From Thermoplasmata archaeon (GTDB taxonomy: Archaea; Thermoplasmatota; E2; JACPAO01; JAHFTW01): DNA of 64,000 nt. Below, piece after piece: positions 18,461 through 24,476 of the stretch. The translations under genes were made by a program, and so were the position numbers. How positions within the stretch are numbered: position 1 is the stretch's first letter; every line of letters starts with the position of its first letter. The notes beneath the pieces were generated by a model. The model was not told where the DNA came from. It was given only the letters and a program-made list of their open reading frames with translations, and did not search any database. The DNA lies in assembly GCA_034667745.1 (NCBI GenBank), contig JAXDQP010000062.1, positions 958 to 64,957 of the forward strand, read 5' to 3'.

Positions 18461-18913
18461 TCAGGCGGGTCTCCAGGTGTTTTCCTTCGTTGCGTCGTTC
18501 ATGTGGGGGACAGTGCGGAGGAACGGTTCGAGGATGGGCTTCCAGCGGGCGCCGGACTCGTAGACGCCTTGCATGGTGTCCGGGCCGAGGAAGGCCTCGA
18601 TGCGCGCCACGTTGTCCGGGCCGAAGCGCTGCGCGATGAGCGTCTTGACCTCGACCTTCGTGGCGAGGGCGGTCAGGCGCTTCTCTTCGGCCTTCTGCCA
18701 GCGCAGGGCGGCGGCGTCCGTGGGGTCCACGCCGCCGCGCATGACGCCGGGCTTCAGCAGCGCATCCAGCCGAGCGCCTAGACGCGTCTCGGCGGCTGCA
18801 ATGTCGCGGTTGACGCGGGGGATGGTGTGCAACGTGGCGATGCAGGTGTCGGTGACGCACTGGGCGAACAGGCCGATGATGAAGGCGCCGATGGTCAGCA
18901 AAACCTGGTCCAT
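18461..18913 (-). CDS. island protein, 150 aa, N-terminal hydrophobic segment (membrane-associated)
   Basis: MDQVLLTIGAFIIGLFAQCV.. hydrophobic N-terminus. Confidence 0.45.
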   Translation of the reverse strand: MDQVLLTIGAFIIGLFAQCVTDTCIATLHTIPRVNRDIAAAETRLGARLDALLKPGVMRGGVDPTDAAALRWQKAEEKRLTALATKVEVKTLIAQRFGPDNVARIEAFLGPDTMQGVYESGARWKPILEPFLRTVPHMNDATKENTWRPA

Positions 18914-19339
18914 GTTTCACAGCAAGGATTGAACAGCATTTAGCTAGCGAGGTTTTCGGCTAAACGAGCGAATACATGTGGCGAGCTTGCGCTAAACAGC
19001 GTCCCAAATGCGTTCCGTGCGTTGACCTTAAGGGGAAACGCCAGCGTTGGGGGGTTTGGGGGGCGTAGGATGGAGCACAGGATTACCTGGGCGCACAGGC
19101 GCACAAGGCGACCGGACAAGGCGGCATCCTCAGCGGCCGGACAAGGGGGAGGTATGGAGGGGGAGCACCCCTTACGGCACGGTGCTCGCTTCGCTCGCGC
19201 CCCGTCATCTTGGGCGCGCTGCTGCGCGCACCCCCGACCGAGAGGAATCCCCCGGACCCCAGCCCGGAATCGACGGCAAGGCCCCTAGGCGCGCGTCCCT
19301 TGGCTCAGAAAAGGGAAGAAGGGGGAAGAGGCGACCGGG

Positions 19340-19549
19340 CTAGGATTCGAGCCAGCGCGCGCCCTGCGGAAGGGGCTCGTTGGCGGGCCACCACCCGGCG
19401 CGGCCGTCCACGCCCGCGGCGTAGCGCACGTGGGTGTGGCTGCCGTCAGGCCAGCTGACGCGCATGGTGCGCGCCCGAGGCGTAGGGCGGGCCGGTCGGA
19501 AGTCTCGGCGGGCGAGTTGGCAGCGGCAGCTAGTCGTCTTCTTGGCCAT
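19340..19549 (-). CDS. possible small Cys-containing protein, 69 aa
   Basis: ATG ORF MAKKTTSCRCQLARRD..; weak support. Confidence 0.25.
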   Translation of the reverse strand: MAKKTTSCRCQLARRDFRPARPTPRARTMRVSWPDGSHTHVRYAAGVDGRAGWWPANEPLPQGARWLES

Positions 19550-19775
19550 CGGGGGCCTCCACTCCAGACCTAGCCGAGCTGGCGGATTTATTCCGTGCCG
19601 ACGTCGCCTTGCCCAGCTGGAGCTCCGCGAGGCGGCCCAGGCGCGAGCTCACCGAGTGATAGCTCCAGGGGCGGTCCTTGAACGCGGGGTGCTTGTAGGC
19701 GTCGAGCTTGCGGATGCGCTCGGCCAGGCTGACCGGGATGCTGATGGTGGTGCGAGGCTCCTTGCTCACCGTCAC
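19530..19775 (-). CDS. ribbon-helix-helix (CopG/Arc-like) DNA-binding protein, ~80 aa
   Basis: GTG start overlapping upstream stop (GTGA); beta-strand TTISIPVSL followed by helices LAERIRKL..; the longer 117-aa ORF is probably an over-extension. Confidence 0.45.
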   Translation of the reverse strand: MTVSKEPRTTISIPVSLAERIRKLDAYKHPAFKDRPWSYHSVSSRLGRLAELQLGKATSARNKSASSARSGVEAPDGQEDD

Positions 19776-19903
19776 ACCACCGTGGGCGCGCGGGGACAGG
19801 TGGCGTGGTAGCAGGCGCTGCACACCACGGGCTTGCTGTCGGGGTCGAGCCAGCCCGGGTGTCCGCCCCGGCAGCCAGGGCACGAGTCGCAGAAGCCGCT
19901 CAC
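19772..19903 (-). CDS. small zinc-finger protein (~43 aa: VSGFCDSCPGC...CSACYHATCP)
   Basis: Two CxxC pairs; GTG start overlapping upstream stop (GTGA). Confidence 0.4.
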   Translation of the reverse strand: MSGFCDSCPGCRGGHPGWLDPDSKPVVCSACYHATCPRAPTVV

Positions 19904-20079
19904 GCGATAGCCCCCCGGCCGATGGCGTCGAGGATGCCGGGCTTGTCGAGGAGCTTCTCGACGCGGTCGAGGAGCCGGACGCAACTGGTGAGGGTTCCTC
20001 GACACTCGACCTCGACCTGTCCGATGCGGACGGAGATGCTGTTCCCGTAGTCCGGGCGGAGCCGGGCGGCGCGGCCCAT
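19900..20079 (-). CDS. small island protein, 59 aa
   Basis: ATG at 20079 immediately after upstream stop (TGACGATG); manual translation MGRAARLRPDYGNSISVRIGQVEVECRG.. Confidence 0.4.
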   Translation of the reverse strand: MGRAARLRPDYGNSISVRIGQVEVECRGTLTSCVRLLDRVEKLLDKPGILDAIGRGAIA

Positions 20080-20081
20080 CG

Positions 20082-20249
20082 TCAGGCCCCCGGCTTGCGC
20101 CAGCTGTTGCCGCCGTGCTGGCGGCAGTCGTTGTAGCTCAGGAGCTCGTAGGTCTCCGAGTTGCGCGACCAGGTGCAGCCGCAGGGCGCGGTGACCTGCT
20201 CCTCCTTGGCGGCCTTGGGGTGGAACGCCTTGCGCAGCAGGCCCTTCAC
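20082..20249 (-). CDS. small Cys-containing island protein, 55 aa
   Basis: GTG start overlapping stop of 20246 gene (GTGA); VKGLLRKAFHPKAAKEEQVTAPCGCTW.. Confidence 0.35.
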   Translation of the reverse strand: MKGLLRKAFHPKAAKEEQVTAPCGCTWSRNSETYELLSYNDCRQHGGNSWRKPGA

Positions 20250-20719
20250 TGCGACGCCCCCGGCACAGGGAGGTCCGAGTCCGAGTCCGTCAGGGGTCGT
20301 GCGACGCTCACGACTGTGAGGTGGAACGTCTTCTTCAGGCCCCGGCCTTCGCTGTGGATATCCAGGACGACGTTGCCGCTCCAGTCGGGGCCGCTGCGCA
20401 CGATGACGTCACGCAGGGAGACGGCCGCCGGGAGGCTCAGGATTTCCCAGACGCTCTCACGGGCGGTGCCTACTTCCAGGAAGGTCGCCACCGCGTACTT
20501 GGTGACGGCCTTCGAGCTCACGATGTTCCCGTTGTCGTCGTGGTTGGCGATGGTGTGCGGGATGCCCTGGGGGCCGTAGCCCTTCACGTCCACCAGGACG
20601 ACGCGCTGGGGCGTGCTCTCCGGCTGGAAGAACGTGGGCTTCGCCTTGTCGGGGAGGTTCAGGCCCGCGAGCCACGCGCCACGGTCAAGGGTCTTCTGTT
20701 CAGGGGTCGTCTCTTGCAT
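20246..20719 (-). CDS. island protein, ~157 aa (ATG at 20719; alternative GTG at 20758 lies inside the direct repeat)
   Basis: MQETTPEQKTLDRGAWLAGLNLP..; unknown function. Confidence 0.5.
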   Translation of the reverse strand: MQETTPEQKTLDRGAWLAGLNLPDKAKPTFFQPESTPQRVVLVDVKGYGPQGIPHTIANHDDNGNIVSSKAVTKYAVATFLEVGTARESVWEILSLPAAVSLRDVIVRSGPDWSGNVVLDIHSEGRGLKKTFHLTVVSVARPLTDSDSDLPVPGASQ

Positions 20720-20744
20720 ACGGTTCGCTCCAAATTGGCTCGAA

Positions 20745-20770
20745 CTCCCGTATGGCACTCGAAGAGAACC
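20745..20770. repeat. direct repeat copy 2 CTCCCGTATGGCACTCGAAGAGAACC
   Basis: 25/26 identity with 14969-14994, same orientation; the sequence to its left does not match the left palindrome half. Confidence 0.8.
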
Positions 20771-20792
20771 GCATTTTTCCCGTAGATTTTGC

Positions 20793-21176
20793 TCATTTTT
20801 GTGCAGAACTGGCCAAAATCATCAGGATGTCCGCTTCCAACTGGCTCAGCAGCCGGGTGAGGAACAGGTAGACCAAGGTGAGGAGGCCGGTGAGCGCGCC
20901 GGCCACGCGAACGGCGGCGGTGACGACCGGGGTTGCCTGTGAGAGTCCGGGGACGAAGTTGGCCGCCAGGCCGACGACGGTGCCGGCGAAGCCCAGGTAG
21001 AGCAGCACGAGGGCGCCGGTGCGGACGCGGTCCCAGCGGCGCAGGCTTGCGGCGCGCTCGTGCAGGAGGCTGTCGCGGCCGCGGCTGCCCAGCTCGAGGG
21101 CCTGCAGGATGTGCCCATAGCGGCTGTGCAATAGCCACTGGAGGCGGGACTCGTAGGGGTACACGCGGCCGGCAAG
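20793..21176 (-). CDS. small membrane protein (two predicted TM helices); start uncertain (TTG/GTG)
   Basis: C-terminal part GALVLLYLGFAGTVVGLAANFV..VVTAAVRVAGALTGLLTLVYLFL hydrophobic; no internal ATG. Confidence 0.4.
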   Translation of the reverse strand, partial: LAGRVYPYESRLQWLLHSRYGHILQALELGSRGRDSLLHERAASLRRWDRVRTGALVLLYLGFAGTVVGLAANFVPGLSQATPVVTAAVRVAGALTGLLTLVYLFLTRLLSQLEADILMILASSAQK

Positions 21177-21399
21177 GGGGGCGCGGAGATGGGGTTGCCG
21201 CTCCGTTGCGTCGGGAGCAAAAGGGGGAGAAGGGGGAAGATTGGGGTGGTCACGCCAGGCGTTCGGTGTATTCCCATTCGCTGGTGACCACACGGATCCA
21301 GACGTAGCTGTCCATGCGATGCCTCCCATTTCCTTGGGGCGCCGACGGCCTCCCAGCCGTGCGACAGAGTCGCGGGGCGTCCCGAGGGAAACCGGACTA

Positions 21400-21596
21400 T
21401 GCGTTGCGTGATTTAAGGCGTTCCAAGCGAAGCGACGGTGCCGATGCAACACCACCCAGAAATGTTCCCGTGCAGTTATAAGATTTATAAATAAATGGGA
21501 GCAACTTTGCATCAAAGCATTTGATTCGCGCAAAAGCGCAACGACACGACTGATTCTCAATCAGCGAAATTCAATCTGAATCCGCAAATCTGTTCA
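21400..21596. promoter_or_regulatory. AT-rich patch with TTTATTTATAAATC TATA-like box on the minus strand; right boundary of island
   Basis: Composition contrast; TATA-like sequence read directly. Confidence 0.45.
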
Positions 21597-21863
21597 TCAG
21601 TCGAGCAGCGTGAACAGGACGTCATCCTGCCCCACGTCGAACACGCCCAGCCGCGCGCCCGCGTCGAGCCAGCCGTGCGCGTAGTTGACCTGCGCGAACG
21701 CGTTCACGAAGTCGCCCTGGGCGTGGAAGTGCTGCGCGTCGGCGTAGTAGCGCTTGGCCATGTCGAGGAAGTTGTCGGCGATCTTGGCCGCGAAGGACTT
21801 CGGCGGCGCCACGACCTTGACCTTCTCGAAGGCGCGCCGCGTGGTGTCGAGGTACTTCCCCAT
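21597..21863 (-). CDS. small conserved archaeal protein, 88 aa (DUF357-like guess)
   Basis: MGKYLDTTRRAFEKVKVV..YYADAQHFHAQGDFVNAFAQVNYAHGWLDAGARLG; 29-nt gap after the HerA-like gene, same strand. Confidence 0.5.
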   Translation of the reverse strand: MGKYLDTTRRAFEKVKVVAPPKSFAAKIADNFLDMAKRYYADAQHFHAQGDFVNAFAQVNYAHGWLDAGARLGVFDVGQDDVLFTLLD

Positions 21864-21892
21864 CTTCTCCGCGGAAATCTCCCTCTGCGGGG

Positions 21893-23992
21893 TCAACGCC
21901 ACAGCCGGCGCAAGGTGGAGCGGGTCTTTTGCCGTTCCTGCTGCAGCAGGCGGTGGTAGGTGCAGCCCGCCTGCTCGGGGCAGCGGATGCAGGCCGGTCC
22001 CTCCGGCAGGCAGGCGTTCTCCGCGATCTCCAGCAGCAGCCGCAGGCGGGCGTCGGGGTCGCGGTGGTGTGACGCCTCGAGGTCGCCGACGATGGCGACG
22101 GTGCGCGCGGGGTCCTGGTCTGGCCCCACGAGGCCGATGCGGGAGGCGACGCGGTGGATGTCCTTGGCGTCCCCGGCGGTCCAGCTCTTGCGGACCTTGT
22201 GGGCGAGGAACGCGTCGTCCGGGATGAGGCGGCGCGGGGAGCGGGGCAGCGTCTGGAACTCGACCTCGGGCGCCTGGACCGGGAGGACCGGCTTGGGGCG
22301 CGCGGGCGGCGCGATGGCCGGGGCAGCGGGCGAGGCAGCGGGAGCCGGTGGGACGGGCGCAGGCGGGGGTTGGAACGCGCTGGGCGGCGTCCACACCGGC
22401 GCCACGGGCTTCGGCGGGTCAACACTCGGGGCCGGGTTCAGGGGCGCGCGGGGCGCAGGGGGCGGCAGAACGGGCGCCTGGGGCGCTTCGCCATCGTCCT
22501 CCTCTTCGTCCTCGTCCGACTCCTGGTGCAGCACGGACACGGAGCGGCCGCCGTGGCGCGTCAGGCGGGGGCGCACCGACACGAAGACCGGCTGCGTGAG
22601 GCCGCCACCCGCCACGAGGGCCTCCCCCACGGCGAGGCGCTGGATTTCATCGGCGACCTCCGCCGAGATGCCCTCGACGCTCTGGACGATGGCCTTGAGG
22701 TCATTCGGGTTCGTGACCTTCAGCACGACCTGGGTGTTGCACTGCGACAGCACGTTCTTGTCGATCTTCGCCGGGCGCTGGCTCACGATGACGAGGCCCA
22801 TGCCGAATTTGCGGCCCTCCGAGGCCACGGTGCGGATGATGGCTCCGCTCACGGCGTTGCCCACGTTCCTTTCCGGGCAGAAGTTGTGCGCCTCCTCCAC
22901 CACGAGGATGTGCGCGGGAATCTCGCCGCGCTTGCGCGCCTCCCAGAGCATGTTCGCGATTCGCGTGACGACGATCTCCTGGATGTCGGGGTTGACACCC
23001 TTGAGGTTCACGATGGTGCACTGGCCCGGCGCGACCAGCTCCTTGACGGGGGTGCCGCGGATGTCGAAGACCTTCGTGGACTCCAGGACCTCGAGGGCGT
23101 TGAGGACGTTCCACTTGGCGTTCGATTTGTTGCGCGCGACGCCGTCCATGATGTCGCGCAGCGTGTAGGCGGGGAGATGCTCCTTGATCTCCTTGATGGC
23201 CTGGTAGAGCACGCCCACCTGGCCGCCGGAGAGCTTGCCGCCCAGCAGGTCCACGATGTCGCGGCCCTCCAGGTTCATGCCCTCCAGCACCAGGCGCTGC
23301 GCTTCGGGGTTGAGCTGGACGTCGAGGGCGTACTCCTTGACCTGCTTGGCGAACGACTTGGGCTTCACCTTGTAGCGCGCCATCGCCTCCAGCTCGCCCT
23401 CGTCGAGGTTGGGGCTCCGCAGGGAGCCGTACTCGCCGTGCGGGTCGAGGATGACCAGCGGCACGTTGGCCTTGATGAGCTCCTCCAGGATGACCGCGAC
23501 GGTGTAGGATTTGCCGGCGCCGGTCTTCGCCAGCACCGAGAGGTGCTTCTGCGCCACCGTGTCCATGGAGAGCGCGACGGGAATCTTGCTGCCCTTGACG
23601 AAGCCGAGGTAGGCGCCGCCCTCCGCCGACTGCTCCAGCCCCAGCACGGTCGTGACGAGGCGGTCGTCGGCGTTGTAGACCGGCACCCCGGCGCGGAACG
23701 GCGTGCGCGGCGTCTGGATGCGGCCCTGCTGGTCCTGGTAGCCGATGACGCGCACGCCGGCCGAGAGCTGGTCCTCGGCATCGGCGGCCAGCCCCTCGGG
23801 AATCGCGACGGCCTGCTCGTAGCTCAGGCTGCTGCGCCGCAGGACGGCGTCGACCTGCGCCAGGACGCGGTGGCCCTCGGACTCCACCTCGACGTAGTCC
23901 AGGCGCTTGAGCCCGGAGTCCCCCACGGCGATGTCGAACGCGGTGCTCGACACGTTGCCGTAGATGATGCCGACCTGGCGGCGCAGGGCCAT
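21893..23992 (-). CDS. HerA-like (DUF87/FtsK-HerA superfamily) ATPase with N-terminal HAS-barrel-like region, Pro-rich linker and C-terminal Cys-cluster domain
   Basis: Walker A LAKTGAGKS, Walker B HILVVEEAH; acidic patch DEDEEEDDGE then ~80 aa Pro-rich; C-terminus ..ACLPEGPACIRCPEQAGC.. Confidence 0.8.
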   Translation of the reverse strand: MALRRQVGIIYGNVSSTAFDIAVGDSGLKRLDYVEVESEGHRVLAQVDAVLRRSSLSYEQAVAIPEGLAADAEDQLSAGVRVIGYQDQQGRIQTPRTPFRAGVPVYNADDRLVTTVLGLEQSAEGGAYLGFVKGSKIPVALSMDTVAQKHLSVLAKTGAGKSYTVAVILEELIKANVPLVILDPHGEYGSLRSPNLDEGELEAMARYKVKPKSFAKQVKEYALDVQLNPEAQRLVLEGMNLEGRDIVDLLGGKLSGGQVGVLYQAIKEIKEHLPAYTLRDIMDGVARNKSNAKWNVLNALEVLESTKVFDIRGTPVKELVAPGQCTIVNLKGVNPDIQEIVVTRIANMLWEARKRGEIPAHILVVEEAHNFCPERNVGNAVSGAIIRTVASEGRKFGMGLVIVSQRPAKIDKNVLSQCNTQVVLKVTNPNDLKAIVQSVEGISAEVADEIQRLAVGEALVAGGGLTQPVFVSVRPRLTRHGGRSVSVLHQESDEDEEEDDGEAPQAPVLPPPAPRAPLNPAPSVDPPKPVAPVWTPPSAFQPPPAPVPPAPAASPAAPAIAPPARPKPVLPVQAPEVEFQTLPRSPRRLIPDDAFLAHKVRKSWTAGDAKDIHRVASRIGLVGPDQDPARTVAIVGDLEASHHRDPDARLRLLLEIAENACLPEGPACIRCPEQAGCTYHRLLQQERQKTRSTLRRLWR

Positions 23993-24058
23993 CAGGAGAC
24001 CACTCCTGGAGGTCCTATATCAGGCCGCCCAAATGGACCTAGGAGGGCCGCCGGGAAC

Positions 24059-24145
24059 GGAGGCCTGGGATTCCAGCGATTTCAGAGTTTAGGAAACCTG
24101 GGCCAAGTCTTCGCAATCCCAAATCACCGCAACCCTCCGGCCTCC
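24059..24145. repeat. MITE-like palindromic element, type A (copy A3, degenerate right arm)
   Basis: Left arm GGAGGCCTGGGATTCCAGCGATT is the exact reverse complement of the A2 right arm; right arm only partially conserved (..CCGGCCTCC). Confidence 0.6.
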
Positions 24146-24171
24146 CCGCACGCGGGAGGAAAAACCTCGCG

Positions 24172-24420
24172 TTAGGCGAGCGTCTCGAGCTGGGACATGA
24201 TGTTCCAGACGAGGGTGCGGCCGTGCAGGGGGATGTTGGGGTCGTTGGCCATGTCGTCCAGGGTGCCGATGGCCTTGGCCTTGCGGACGTCGAGGGGCTC
24301 GCCCTGGTTGGTGAGGAGGGCCTTGATCTGCTCCGCGGCGCGGCGGATGTTGCGGGGGACGCTGGTGTCCTCGACGAGCATGTCCAAGCCGGTCGTGATG
24401 TTCTGGATGCGCGACGCCAT
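24172..24420 (-). CDS. small conserved archaeal protein, 82 aa (UPF0147-like guess)
   Basis: MASRIQNITTGLDMLVEDTSVPRNIRRAAEQIKALL..; located 56 nt downstream of hef. Confidence 0.45.
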   Translation of the reverse strand: MASRIQNITTGLDMLVEDTSVPRNIRRAAEQIKALLTNQGEPLDVRKAKAIGTLDDMANDPNIPLHGRTLVWNIMSQLETLA

Positions 24421-24476
24421 GAAAACGACCCCAGGAGCGGATGCCCCTTGACGGGTCGCGCGACGGAAGGGGCCTC

